A stretch of 64,000 bases of DNA from positions 674-64,673 of the forward strand of contig JAQWQL010000110.1 of NCBI GenBank assembly GCA_029244605.1, given 5' to 3'. A program made the position numbers and the translations under genes. This DNA comes from Acidimicrobiales bacterium (GTDB lineage: Bacteria > Actinomycetota > Acidimicrobiia > Acidimicrobiales > UBA8592). This document shows positions 19,136 to 30,300 of the stretch, piece by piece; position 1 is the first letter of the stretch; each line of letters starts with the position of its first letter. The notes beneath the pieces were generated by a model. That model did no database searches and was not told the origin of the DNA. It saw only the letters and a list, made by a program, of their open reading frames with translations.

Positions 19136-19837
19136 TTATCTGTCCATGACGATTTGGAGGATGTACCAGAACATGGTCATCAGTGAACCAAATAAGGTTA
19201 CTGCTGCTCCGACATAGGCTTGTTCAGGGTAGGAATGGAGAATTTTTTGGGTGTTGTAGAGGATTGATACACCCATAAGGGCAACCATAGCTACCGAAAA
19301 CCATGTTCCGATATTCATTCCGAATATGAGGGCAGCGACGATGAGGACCATAGCGGCTACTCCTCCCCATATGAGGATTGGTCTTAAGAATGAGAGGTCA
19401 CGTCGTGTTACCCATCCGACAAAGGAAAGGCCAGCGAATCCCATTGCCGTAATGATTGCGGCTACCCATACATCTCCGGCTGCCTGTCGAACATTAAAGA
19501 CGTAATATAGGAAAGGGGCAAAAATTAAAGCTTCGACGGCAGAAATAGCGAATAGTCCTCCGTACTGTCGGCCTACATTTTCAAGGTCGTAGCTTGCTTG
19601 GGTTGAAATCCAGGTTCCGAGCATGAACAATCCGAGGAATAGAAGCCATGCTCCACCGTTCCCAGCGAGGATTTCCCATAGGTTTTCTGCAATGCCGCTG
19701 GCGAACATGAGATATTCGAATGCCATAAATGCGCCAAGTGCTAATCCAAGGTGTTGGTAGACTTTAACCATGAATGCCACTCTGTCTGATTCTTGCAGTG
19801 AGGCTACGGGAGTGTATGCGGCTGGTGAATAGCTCAT
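19136..19837 (-). CDS. Bax inhibitor-1/YccA family membrane protein
   Basis: 7 TM pattern with FMVKVYQHL, TRRDLSFL and ILYNTQKI. Confidence 0.85.
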   Translation of the reverse strand: MSYSPAAYTPVASLQESDRVAFMVKVYQHLGLALGAFMAFEYLMFASGIAENLWEILAGNGGAWLLFLGLFMLGTWISTQASYDLENVGRQYGGLFAISAVEALIFAPFLYYVFNVRQAAGDVWVAAIITAMGFAGLSFVGWVTRRDLSFLRPILIWGGVAAMVLIVAALIFGMNIGTWFSVAMVALMGVSILYNTQKILHSYPEQAYVGAAVTLFGSLMTMFWYILQIVMDR

Positions 19838-19887
19838 GTTGTCCTTTTAAATTTGTACGGTGTTTTAATTCTATACAGTTTTAGCAA

Positions 19888-21027
19888 TTATTCTTCTAGT
19901 TGTGAAGCTATTGATTCTGTAGCTTCGATAAATTCTTCTACCATTTCATAGACTACTTGTGAGGTTGGTTTTGTCTTATTCATTGTTCCTACGATCTGGC
20001 CGACAAAGTAGTTAGCGAGTTTTTCTGCTCCAGACCCTTCTCGGTGGGCGGCACGATCTATTCGGGCTATTGCTTCGTTGATTAATATAGGTTGTAGTGG
20101 CATACCGAGTGGCATTGGGGTTTCTGGATTTTCCCATTCGTCTGTCCATGATGATTTAAGTTGTCGAGCAGGTTTTCCTGTCCTTGATTTTGATCGGATT
20201 GTGTCCGAAGATGTCGCTGACAACATCTTTTCTTTGACTACTGGGTGGGTTTCAGCTTCTTCTGTTGTGAGCCAGACGGAACCGCACCATACGCCTTGTG
20301 CACCTAATGCCATTGCGGCTGCCATTTGGCGCCCTCCTCCGATGCCTCCAGCTCCAAGGACCGGTACTTCTCCTACTGCATCTACGATTTCTGGTATGAG
20401 GACCATGGAGCCGATTTCTCCTGTATGGCCACCAGCTTCGTATCCTTGGGCGATGATGATGTCTACGCCGGCATTAACGTGTCGTTGTGCATGTTGAGCT
20501 TTCCCTGCTAAAGCCCCTACCTTTTTCCCTGCTTCTTTTGTTTTTTCGATCATGAATTGTGGAGGTGGACCGAGAGCATTGACAATGAGTGTCGGTTTGT
20601 GCGCTAGGGCTATTTCTAGTTGGGGGGCGGCGGTTGAAGCCGACATGGGAGCAGCTTTTTCATTTAGTATGTCAAACTGTCCTTTGGGGTTGTCGGTTAG
20701 AGGTGGGACATCGTAGCTTTCAAGAATTTGATTTACGTATTCGATATGTTCTTTGGGAATCATTTCGACGATTTGTTTGACGGTGAGTCCTCCATCGTCT
20801 GATCCGGCGTATTTTGCTGGGACGATAAGGTCGACACCATAGGGCTTTTCCCCGATTTCGTTTTCAATCCATTGAAGGTCGGTTTCTAAGCCTTTGGGGG
20901 TATGTCCGACAGCTCCGAGGACTCCGAGTCCTCCTGCTTTGGAGACCGCAGCAACTACATCTCTGCAATGGCTGAAAGCAAAAATCGGCAAATCAATATT
21001 GAACATATTGGTTACGTCGTTTTTCAC
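19888..21027 (-). CDS. Nitronate monooxygenase / 2-nitropropane dioxygenase family flavoprotein
   Basis: FAFSHCRDVVAAVSKAGGLG, AQGYEAGGHTG and GAGGIG motifs. Confidence 0.85.
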   Translation of the reverse strand: MKNDVTNMFNIDLPIFAFSHCRDVVAAVSKAGGLGVLGAVGHTPKGLETDLQWIENEIGEKPYGVDLIVPAKYAGSDDGGLTVKQIVEMIPKEHIEYVNQILESYDVPPLTDNPKGQFDILNEKAAPMSASTAAPQLEIALAHKPTLIVNALGPPPQFMIEKTKEAGKKVGALAGKAQHAQRHVNAGVDIIIAQGYEAGGHTGEIGSMVLIPEIVDAVGEVPVLGAGGIGGGRQMAAAMALGAQGVWCGSVWLTTEEAETHPVVKEKMLSATSSDTIRSKSRTGKPARQLKSSWTDEWENPETPMPLGMPLQPILINEAIARIDRAAHREGSGAEKLANYFVGQIVGTMNKTKPTSQVVYEMVEEFIEATESIASQLEE

Positions 21028-21030
21028 TCT

Positions 21031-22818
21031 TTACCCTTTCGTTTCTTTGATTACATTAATGGGAATGTCCATTTGTCGACTTCGTAACCATTCTCCGAGT
21101 GCTTTGGCTTGTGGGTCTTGTCGTGTTGATGCGGCAACGCCTTCTTGTAGGAGCCCTCTAATTAGGAAGTTTAATGATCGTATCTTTGGGTACCGGTATC
21201 GTTCGATGGTTAGGTTTTGGGTTTCTGGTAGTAGTTCTTTAAGTTGTTCTATTGTTAGAGCATTATCTAACCAGGCCCATGCTTTGTCATTTCGAGCGTA
21301 AATTCCGAGATTAGCGTCACCGCCTTTGTCTCCGGAACGTGTTCCACATACGGTTCCGATGGTTACGCTACTTGAGGGTCCAACTGGTTTTGGTAAAGGT
21401 TGGTCATTTTCGAATTCAAGTGGGGGTCCTTGCGGATTGGAGGACTCTACCATGGTTGTTTCCCCATCGAGGATGTGGATGTATTGGGGAACGAGTTCTG
21501 CGGGAACGATAGCGGGGCGATATATCCCAAATGGGGTGGCAGTAGTTGGGCCGCTGCTAAGACTATACATTCCTGGGATGCTGGAAAGAACGGTGTGGAT
21601 CATTGCGTCGGTAAAGATTCTTCCGACTTTTCGCTCATCTTTATCTTTGACCGTTACTTTCCAAATAGCTGTTGCTTTTTCTTGTTGGTCAGGGTCTGCT
21701 TTGTCAGTTCGAATGATTTCGCTTCGTATGCTTTGAAAGTCTTCTGGATTGTAGGGGCAAGAGTCCCAGAATGTGGCTTGTGCGAAAGCAGCTTTTTCTT
21801 CAATGTCTAGCCCTGTGAGGGCTACAGTAAAGGAGTTTCTGTATCCTCCAAGTTCGTTCATAGCTACTTTGAGGGTTGTAGGTGGGGCTTGTCCTTTTAC
21901 GTTAGAAACTGTTACGCGATTAGGTCCGGTATTTTCAATTTGGATGGTGTCGAAGCGGGCTGTTACATCGGGTCCTAAGTATTGAGGTCCTCCTATTTCG
22001 TAGAGGATCTGGCTTGTGATTGTTTCTGTGTTTACTATGCCGCCGGTTTCATCATGTTTTCCGATAGTTGACGATCCGTCTTCTGCGATTTCTGCCCAGG
22101 GGAATCCGAATCTTGCTTTCCCTCCTATCTCAGTTCTGTCTGTGATCTCATTGAAGAAGGAGTAATTTCCGCCTGTAGCTTGCGCTCCGCATTCAATGAT
22201 GTGGCCTGCAACTACAGCTCCAGCTAGTTGATCGAAGTCGGTTCTTTCCCAGCCGTGGTGCCATGCGGCAGGTCCGCATACTACGGCGGCATCGGTTACT
22301 CTTCCGGTGATGATGATGTCTGCTTTTTGGTTAAGGGCTTCGACTATCCCCCAGCATCCAAGATATGCGTTAGCGGTAAGGTATGCATCTAGATCTCCGA
22401 GGGGGATATCTGGTGAGAATGGTTGAAGTTTTTCTGCGGTGTGGAGGTCATGGATTCTTTCCATGAGGTTATCTCCATCTACGTATGCGATTGTCGGGTT
22501 TAGTCCGAGTTTTTCTGCGATGTCGTTTACGGCTTCGGCGCAGCCGCGTGGGTTGAGTCCTCCTGCGTTGCTGACGACTTTGATTCCTTTGTCTAAGCAT
22601 GTTCCCATTACTTGTTCCATTTGGGCGACAAAGGTGCGTGCATAGCCTCCTTCGGGGTCTTTGTTTTGGATTCTGCTTAGGATGAGCATTGTCAGTTCTG
22701 CTAGCCAATCCCCGGTAAGGACATCGATTGGTCCTTGTTGAACCATTTCTTCTGCTGCGGATGGTCTATCTCCGAAGAATCCTGAACAGTTGGCGATTCT
22801 AATGGGGTTAGCTGTCAC
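21031..22818 (-). CDS. atuA: Acyclic terpene utilisation AtuA family protein
   Basis: IANCSGFFGDR, GDWLAELTM, GHIIECGAQATGGNY and RSGDKGGDANLG motifs. Confidence 0.9.
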   Translation of the reverse strand: MTANPIRIANCSGFFGDRPSAAEEMVQQGPIDVLTGDWLAELTMLILSRIQNKDPEGGYARTFVAQMEQVMGTCLDKGIKVVSNAGGLNPRGCAEAVNDIAEKLGLNPTIAYVDGDNLMERIHDLHTAEKLQPFSPDIPLGDLDAYLTANAYLGCWGIVEALNQKADIIITGRVTDAAVVCGPAAWHHGWERTDFDQLAGAVVAGHIIECGAQATGGNYSFFNEITDRTEIGGKARFGFPWAEIAEDGSSTIGKHDETGGIVNTETITSQILYEIGGPQYLGPDVTARFDTIQIENTGPNRVTVSNVKGQAPPTTLKVAMNELGGYRNSFTVALTGLDIEEKAAFAQATFWDSCPYNPEDFQSIRSEIIRTDKADPDQQEKATAIWKVTVKDKDERKVGRIFTDAMIHTVLSSIPGMYSLSSGPTTATPFGIYRPAIVPAELVPQYIHILDGETTMVESSNPQGPPLEFENDQPLPKPVGPSSSVTIGTVCGTRSGDKGGDANLGIYARNDKAWAWLDNALTIEQLKELLPETQNLTIERYRYPKIRSLNFLIRGLLQEGVAASTRQDPQAKALGEWLRSRQMDIPINVIKETKG

Positions 22819-24818
22819 GATCCTTCACCCTGTTCGAGTGAGACTAGGAGATCTCCGGTGTCTACACTTTCACCTGGTTGGAAGTGGATGCTTGTGACGG
22901 TTGCCGTTCCAGTGGCAATAATTTTATGTTCCATTTTCATAGCTTCAACTACAACGAGGACGTCTCCTTCTTCCACTGTCTGCCCTTCGCTCACGTTGAC
23001 AGCTATGACGGTCCCTGGCAGCGGACTCGTTGGGCCTGCTCCGAATTGTTCGGATTCGCGGTGGGTGAATTTTGGTTTTCGTGACCATGTTGCTGTTCCA
23101 AACCTGCTCTGGGTATGTACGGTCTCTTCGTTTATTACGGTTTTAATTACTTGGCGGCGGTTATCTATCTCTACTATTTGCTGTTCTGTTGATTGGTTGA
23201 GTAGACGTACGGAGAGCTTTGTGCGGTTGTCTTCAGAGAGGGTTCCGTCTTCTTGTGGTTCTGGCCATGGTCCTAGAAGGACTTCGATCTCGTTTTTGCC
23301 TATTGTGTATTCGACATGATCTTCACCGTATGGGCTTTCCCAGATTTGTCTTTGGCCTTGGGTTCTAAGATTTCTCCATCCTGAGGGGGTAAATCCTGTG
23401 ACCATGCCGTTACTTCGTTCTTGGAGTTCTAAGGCGAATACGGCGCCAAGGAGAAGGGCGTTGTGGTCTTCGGGGATTAATTTTTCTTTTTCGAGTACTT
23501 GAGGGTGATCTTGGAGGTAGCTGATTGGAGTATTTGCTAATTGGTAGTCTTGTTCAGCTAGTACGGACAAGATCATCGAGAGGTTTGTTTCTATCCCGCT
23601 TATGTGGGTGGATCTGAGTGAACGTGCGAGTTTCTTTATCGCTTGTTGTCTATCTGATCCATAGGCGATAATTTTTGCGATGAGCGAATCATAATCTGTT
23701 GTTACTTGTGAACCTTCTCGTATGCCGCTATCAACTCTGACTCCGTCGCCGACGTGAAACTGTTCTATCGTTCCTATTGATGGCATCCAATTCTGGGCTG
23801 GGTTCTCGGCGACTAGGCGTACTTCGATTGCATGGCCGTTGAAGTGGATTTCTTCTTGGCTGGAAGGTAGTTGCTCGCCGGAGGCGACTTTGATCTGGAG
23901 TTCGACGAGGTCGAGGCCGGTAATTGACTCAGTTACGGGGTGTTCTACTTGTAGACGGGTGTTGACTTCAAGAAAGTTGATTTCTTCCTTGTCGTTTACG
24001 AGGAATTCAACTGTGCCCGCATTTTCATATTGAACGTGTTTCGCTAGAGCTACGGCCCCATCGCAAATTAATTTTCGGATCTTAGGGGAAATACCGCATG
24101 ATGGCGCTTCTTCAAAAATCTTCTGATTTCTTCGCTGGATTGAGCATTCTCGTTCCCCTAAATGGAGAACGTTCCCATGTGCATCACCGATGATCTGTAC
24201 TTCGATGTGGCGTCCGTGGGTAATGTATGGTTCGACAAAAACTCTGCCATCACCAAATGCTGACTCTGCTTCTCGTGAAGCGGAGGTAATTGCGTCTTCG
24301 AGTTCTCCCTGCTTTTCGACGATGCGCATACCTCGGCCTCCCCCGCCAGCTGCTGCTTTGACGATGACGGGCATTGTGAATTTCGGTGGTTTTTCTCCTG
24401 AGTGGACTTCGGTTGAAGTCACGGTGGGTACGCCAGCGTCAATTGCTGCTTTTTTCGCTAGCATTTTGTCGCCGAGGAGAGCTATTTGTTCAGGTGTGGG
24501 GCCGATCCATATGAGTTCTGCTTCGAGAACGTTTTGGGCGAATTGGGAGTTTTCAGCTAAGAAACCGTATCCGGGGTGGATGGCATCACAATCATTCTGC
24601 TGGGCTATGTCGATAATCTTTTCACTGTTGAGATATGTCTCACTTAGTACGTTTCCCGGCAGGTAGATTGCTACGTCTACGGTGTCGACATGGAGGGCGT
24701 TTTGATCAGCGGTGGAATAGATACCGACTGTTTCGATTCCTAATTTGTGTGCTGTTTGAGCTATGCGAACTGCTATTTCTCCTCGGTTTGCGATAAGGAG
24801 GCGATTGATGTCATTCAT
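22815..24818 (-). CDS. Acyl-CoA (geranyl-/methylcrotonyl-CoA-type) carboxylase alpha subunit, biotin carboxylase plus BCCP
   Basis: LIANRGEIA, HPGYGFLAEN, GGGGRGMR and EVNTRLQVEHPVTE motifs; EAMKME biotin site. Confidence 0.92.
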   Translation of the reverse strand: MNDINRLLIANRGEIAVRIAQTAHKLGIETVGIYSTADQNALHVDTVDVAIYLPGNVLSETYLNSEKIIDIAQQNDCDAIHPGYGFLAENSQFAQNVLEAELIWIGPTPEQIALLGDKMLAKKAAIDAGVPTVTSTEVHSGEKPPKFTMPVIVKAAAGGGGRGMRIVEKQGELEDAITSASREAESAFGDGRVFVEPYITHGRHIEVQIIGDAHGNVLHLGERECSIQRRNQKIFEEAPSCGISPKIRKLICDGAVALAKHVQYENAGTVEFLVNDKEEINFLEVNTRLQVEHPVTESITGLDLVELQIKVASGEQLPSSQEEIHFNGHAIEVRLVAENPAQNWMPSIGTIEQFHVGDGVRVDSGIREGSQVTTDYDSLIAKIIAYGSDRQQAIKKLARSLRSTHISGIETNLSMILSVLAEQDYQLANTPISYLQDHPQVLEKEKLIPEDHNALLLGAVFALELQERSNGMVTGFTPSGWRNLRTQGQRQIWESPYGEDHVEYTIGKNEIEVLLGPWPEPQEDGTLSEDNRTKLSVRLLNQSTEQQIVEIDNRRQVIKTVINEETVHTQSRFGTATWSRKPKFTHRESEQFGAGPTSPLPGTVIAVNVSEGQTVEEGDVLVVVEAMKMEHKIIATGTATVTSIHFQPGESVDTGDLLVSLEQGEGS

Positions 24819-24820
24819 AT

Positions 24821-26425
24821 TTAGTGCCTCCAAACCCCATACTCTGTTGCCCCTTTGATTTCGTTACTATGAATTGCTGAGAGAGCAAGCCCAAGAACTG
24901 TTCTTGTGTCTGCAGGGTGGATTATTCCGTCGTCCCAGAGTCTTCCCGTTGAAAAGAGAGCTAGCGATTCGTATTCAATTTGAGCTTCAAGGGCTGTTCG
25001 CCGTTCTTCGAGGGCTTTTTCGTCTACTTCTTGGCCACGGCCTGCTGCCGCATTTCGAGCAATAATATCCATAACTCCTGCGAGAGGTTCGGGTCCCATG
25101 ACCGCGATCCGATGATTTGGCCATGTGAAGACGAAGCGCGGGTTGTAGGACTTTCCTGCCATCCCGTAATTTCCCGCACCGTAACTTGCACCAACCATTA
25201 AATTAAGGTGAGGTACGGTTGAGTTTGAGACTGCATTAACTAGTTTTGCCCCGTTTCGAATAATGCCTCCCTGTTCTGCTTTGGAACCGACCATGAAGCC
25301 TGTGATGTTGTGCATGAACAGCAGAGGAATGTTGAGCTTGTTGCATAGTTGTATGAATTGGGCGCCTTTGCTTGCTTCTTCCGAGAATAGGATGCCGTTG
25401 TTGCCTAGTATCCCGATGGGGAAGCCACAAATTGAACCCCATCCACAGACAAGTTTTTCTCCGTAAAGAGGTTTAAATTCTTCGAATCTGCTTCCATCAA
25501 GGATACGGGCGTGAATTTCTTTAATATCGAAGGGGATCCGAACATTCGCCATTGCGCAGCCAAGAAGTTCAGCCGGGTCGTAAAGTGGGTCGTCAGGTAG
25601 TGCTGTTGGGCCGGGGCCGAGTTTTTTCCATTCGAGATGGCGAACGATTTGACGAGCGATTCGTAATCCGTCCATCTCATCCTTAGCAAGATAGTCCGAT
25701 AGTCCGCTTGTACGTGAATGCATTTCTGCGCCGCCCAGCGTTTCTTCGTCTACGTCTTCGTTTATAGCCATTTTTACGAGGGGTGGGCCTCCAAGGTATG
25801 CGGTGCCTCGTTCTTTGACAAAGACGGTGTAGTCGCTCATTCCAGGTATGTAAGCGCCGCCTGCTGTGTTTGGGCCAAAAGCGACGCAGATCGATGGGAT
25901 TCCCATTTTCGATAGTTGTGTGATGTCTCGAAATTGTTCCCCTCCATAAACAAAAATATCTGCTTGCCTCGGTAGGTCAGCTCCAGCCGATTCATTTAGA
26001 AGAATCAGCGGAAGTCTGTTTTCGCGAACTATCTGAAAGAATCTTTTTTGTTTGTTCCAGGTCGTAGGGTTTCCTGCTCCTCCTCGAACTGTCATGTCTG
26101 ATCCGGCAATACCGCATTCGACTCCTTCGATAACGCCAATGCCGTTAAATGTTCCAACCCCTATAGGGTCTTGCGTTCCCCATCCTGCTAATGGGCTGAG
26201 CTCTAAGAGGGCTGTATTTGGGTCTATAAGGGCTTCGACTCTTTCGCGCACAAGCATTTTCCCTCGGCTTCTATGGCGATCGACGTACCTTTGTCCTCCT
26301 ATTGTGGGGACTTTTCCCATTTCTTGTTGAACTTCATCCCATAATGCCTGCATCTCAGCAAGGTTCTGCTGGTAATCATCGGAAGTTGTATCTATCCGAC
26401 TTTGTATTACAGATGCTTCTGACAT
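24821..26425 (-). CDS. Acyl-CoA carboxylase carboxyltransferase (beta) subunit, AtuC-like
   Basis: ESAGADLP, TAGGAYIPGMSD, GPPLVKMA and ITGFMVG motifs. RBS before ATG 26425. Confidence 0.92.
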   Translation of the reverse strand: MSEASVIQSRIDTTSDDYQQNLAEMQALWDEVQQEMGKVPTIGGQRYVDRHRSRGKMLVRERVEALIDPNTALLELSPLAGWGTQDPIGVGTFNGIGVIEGVECGIAGSDMTVRGGAGNPTTWNKQKRFFQIVRENRLPLILLNESAGADLPRQADIFVYGGEQFRDITQLSKMGIPSICVAFGPNTAGGAYIPGMSDYTVFVKERGTAYLGGPPLVKMAINEDVDEETLGGAEMHSRTSGLSDYLAKDEMDGLRIARQIVRHLEWKKLGPGPTALPDDPLYDPAELLGCAMANVRIPFDIKEIHARILDGSRFEEFKPLYGEKLVCGWGSICGFPIGILGNNGILFSEEASKGAQFIQLCNKLNIPLLFMHNITGFMVGSKAEQGGIIRNGAKLVNAVSNSTVPHLNLMVGASYGAGNYGMAGKSYNPRFVFTWPNHRIAVMGPEPLAGVMDIIARNAAAGRGQEVDEKALEERRTALEAQIEYESLALFSTGRLWDDGIIHPADTRTVLGLALSAIHSNEIKGATEYGVWRH

Positions 26426-26594
26426 TCGCTTCCTCTCGAGGGCTTTATTGCTTTGAGAATCTTTGTATTTCAAGATTACCATCGAGATTCTAGATCTACG
26501 ATCTTAAAAATACATTCAGCAGAAATGTGTGAGAGAACTATGAACTTTAGCCATAGGGTTCTTGAGCTTGGAATCGGCCTGATATTGTTTTCAC

Positions 26595-27383
26595 ATGGAT
26601 GTAGCTCAAGTACGTGAGGACCTTCTTCAGGAGCAGTTAGCTTTAGACCCTATCGTCGCAGGTTTATCTGATGAGCAATGGAGGCTTCCTACTCCTAGTC
26701 CTCGGTGGAGCATTGCTGATCAAATAGGTCATTTGACATACTTTGATGAAAGTGCCGCCATAGCTATACGTAATCCAGAAAAATTTACTTCGCTCGTGAA
26801 AGAACTTATAGAGAATCAAGATGCAAACTCAGTCGATGATTTCAGCTTAGTGACGTATCGAGAAATGACATCTGAGGAATTACTTGCAAGCTGGCGGCAA
26901 GGGAGAACGAATTTAGCTTTAGCTGCTGAAACGCTAGATAATGAAGATCGAGTACTTTGGTATGGGCCTTCGATGGGGTCAAAATCTTTCCTTACCGCTC
27001 GGTTAATGGAAGTCTGGGCTCATGGGCAAGATATCTTAGATGCATTGAATCTTGATAGAGCTTCAACTGATCGTCTCAGCCATATTGCTCAGTTGGGGTT
27101 CATTACGAGAAAGTGGGCGTATATCAATCGCGGCTTAACCCCTAATGATGAACCTATCCATGTGTCCCTTACCAGTCCTTCAGGTGAGATATGGGATTTT
27201 GGTTCTCCTCAGGAGGGGAATCAAATCATTGGTTCTGCTGTAGATTTTTGTCTCGTTGTCACGCAACGTAGGCACGTGAATGACACAGAACTGATTTTTT
27301 CAGGTGATGCGGCAATGGAGTGGCTTACGATTGCGCAAGCTTTCGCCGGGCCTCCTTCAGATGGGCCGAACGAGTTGAGTTGA
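26595..27383 (+). CDS. TIGR03084 family (mycothiol-dependent maleylpyruvate isomerase-like, DinB fold) metal-binding protein
   Basis: PTPSPRWSIADQIGHL, ARLMEVWAHGQD, LVVTQRRH and AQAFAGPP motifs. Confidence 0.85.
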   Translation: MDVAQVREDLLQEQLALDPIVAGLSDEQWRLPTPSPRWSIADQIGHLTYFDESAAIAIRNPEKFTSLVKELIENQDANSVDDFSLVTYREMTSEELLASWRQGRTNLALAAETLDNEDRVLWYGPSMGSKSFLTARLMEVWAHGQDILDALNLDRASTDRLSHIAQLGFITRKWAYINRGLTPNDEPIHVSLTSPSGEIWDFGSPQEGNQIIGSAVDFCLVVTQRRHVNDTELIFSGDAAMEWLTIAQAFAGPPSDGPNELS

Positions 27384-27394
27384 TAATCTAATGC

Positions 27395-30300
27395 TTATTG
27401 GCCTCGGAGAAGGTCATTAGCCTGATCAACATAGTTCTGGCCTTGATTGATAAGTTCTTGATATTCGCCGAGGTTGCCTTCTTCAAGTGCTTCATCTGCC
27501 GCTAGAAAAGCTTGCAGGGCTTGAGAAAGAAGCTGTTGGACCTGTTCGGCAGTGGATGTTTCATCTGGAGTTTCATCTGGAGTTTCATCTTCTGGAGTTT
27601 CTTCAGAAGATGATGCGGGTTGTGTAGGTGTTTCATCTTCCTGTGTCCTAGACCCAGAAGAGGTTCCTGAGAGAGCTACTGGGGTTACATTTTCACAGTT
27701 GTCTCCTACCTCAGACTCTGGGATGAGTAAAGCTCCGAGAACAAGTTCAACGGTTGCGCATATTCGAACACTTTCACCATATGCGGCAATGACTTGTTGG
27801 ACCGCGGGTTGGCTTCCGCTCGCTTCCACATAGAGAGGCCTAAGGTACAGAAGAGCGTCAGCGTTATCTCCGCCGTCAAGAGGAACCAAGAGCATGTTTC
27901 CAAGTTTTACGCCTGAACCGCGCTGGCCAAGTAGGGTTGTTGTTTCAGCGACTTCTGGGTCAGCGAGCATGCTTCTATTTGCGATCACTGGGCCATCGAC
28001 CTTGAGTCCCGGTACCGTATAGGCGACAAGTCGGCTTTCCCCTTGTTCGTCTGTCTGAGCAACCATAAATGCTTCGAGTTGTTGTCGGCTATCGTCGCTT
28101 GATCGAGGAACGAAAGGGCGGAGTAAGACAAATTCTTGAGATGTTTCGCCTGGTAGTTGCATTTGTACGTAGTAGGGGTCCATTCTTTTTCCAGATGCGA
28201 ACGTAACAAAACCAGATTCTGAAATAATGGCGGTTGGAGCATTATCTAAATCATCACCTGGGTCTAAGGACACGACCCATGCTCCAGCTGCCTCATAGAA
28301 GTCATTTGCATCGTCAAGGTGGTATCTTCCCCACATGTTTGTTTGGACCTTGAATAGGTCTTCTGGGTATCGAAGGTGTTCGGCTATCGCTTCAGGCATC
28401 CCTTCGTCTGAAGTATCCGAGGGAAATGCCAAAGTGAAAAGATCCGGAAATGCCTTCATATAGGCTTGGATTATTGGATCGCTCTCATCGATCACGTAGA
28501 ACGTGACATCACCGTTGTATGCATCAATAACAACTTTGACGGAATTTCTGACATAGTTAAATCGGTCAGATAATCCACTACTAAATGGAACAGAATTGTC
28601 ATCGGCGGATTGAGAGTATGGGTACCTATCGGAAGTTGTATACGCATCGAGGATAAATTTTATGCGGCCATCGACGATCACTGGGTAGGAGTCGGAGTCA
28701 TACTCTAGAAATGGCGCTAGCTCTTTTGCTCTGTCTGAGACATCCCTGTTGTAGAGGAATTTTGAGTCATTGTTTATAAGTCCGGAGAAGATCGGATTTA
28801 AATCTCCGAAGCGGAGAGCGAAAGCGATTCTTCGAAAGAACCCTCCTGCTTTTACGCCATCATCTCCATCGTAGCGGAATAATAAATTCTCACCAGATCC
28901 GTCGCTTCCGGCGCATGTTGTTTCAGCATTTTCGGTTGAATTGTCAATACTTTCAGATCCGGTTAGTGCAAAATCGATTTCGCAGCGATCTGTGTTAACG
29001 ATCGCGTAGCTTTCTAACTCTTCCCCTACATATATTCTCGGCTGGTTCAGCTCAACGTTTATCCTTTCGCTATTGACTTCTGTGGGGAGTCCACCAATGA
29101 CAAAATCGGGTTCCCCTTGAGCAGTCGTTGTGTTTGCTGGGGCGAGGGCGATGCCGTATCCATGTGTGAATGAGACATGTTGATTTTCCCAACCGGAGTT
29201 AACCCCGTCGAGATTAAGTTCTCGAGCTGCGATAACAACGGTTCGTATGTCACCATCTACTTCGTAGCGGTCGACATCTAGGTCGTTTGAAAATCGGAAC
29301 TGTTCACGTTCTACTTCTAGGGCTTGGTACGTGGGTGGGACGACTCCTGGGTCGAGGAGTCGAAGATTTTCAAGAGTTGAAGCGTTTAACTCTAGAATGT
29401 CAAGGGTGAGTCCGTCTTCAACGTTCGGTGTGAATGTCCGCTCTTCAATATTGCCTTCGGTATCTGCTCCGGAAGAGACTTGTAAACCGTATGCTTGACG
29501 TGTCGCTTCTATATTTCTTTCGATGTATTCGGATTCTCTTGAAGATTCTGAGGGCTCTACGACGAACCTTTGGAAAATTGCTGGATATATGCTTCCTATT
29601 GCTATTGCTACGAAAGCCCATAAGCCGACAGAGACCACTGGCAATACCCATCCTCTTCGCCAGATATTGATGATGAGAAGAATTGCTGCTGCGAGGGAAA
29701 TTAATATGAGGAGTTTTATGGCGGGAAGTTTGGCGTTGATATCTGTATAACTAGCTCCGTCAACGATTCCTCGTCCAGAGAAATTTAGAGAGTATCTTTG
29801 GAACCAATAATCTGCTGCTTTGATGAGTGCGAGAATAGCGAGGAGCACTGAAATGTGGACTTTCACTGGGGCTGTAACTCGTCTACCGGCTGTATTGACC
29901 CTTATTCCCCCATTGAGGTAGTGGCCGATTGATGTGATGACTAGGACAACTATGAAGGCAGTGAAGAGCCAGTTAATGAGGAATAGGATGAAGGGAAGTT
30001 GGAAGACATAGAAACCGATATCAATATTGAATTGAGGGTCTTTAATTCCGAAATCCTGCCGATTTCTAAAGAGGATCCAGTCTTGCCACTGACCTCCTGT
30101 TCCGATGCCGAGAAAGAGAGCAAATAGTGCTGAAACGGCTATACGTATTAAGCCTGAGCGGGACCCAATGGCTTCATGATATCGGCTTACTAATGCTTCC
30201 TCTGGGCCTTCTGGACGGCTTTGTGGAGCGATTCGGTCTGCGATGTATAAATTGCCCCATAAGAGTAGAAAGGTGAACAACATGAATATGCCTGCGAGGG

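Noticed and set aside
20078-26493. Many 60-160 aa + strand ORFs opposite the NMO/atu/carboxylase genes (likewise 39994-40626, 38062-38823 and similar)
   Set aside because: Antisense shadows of well-supported genes, with no motifs or RBS.
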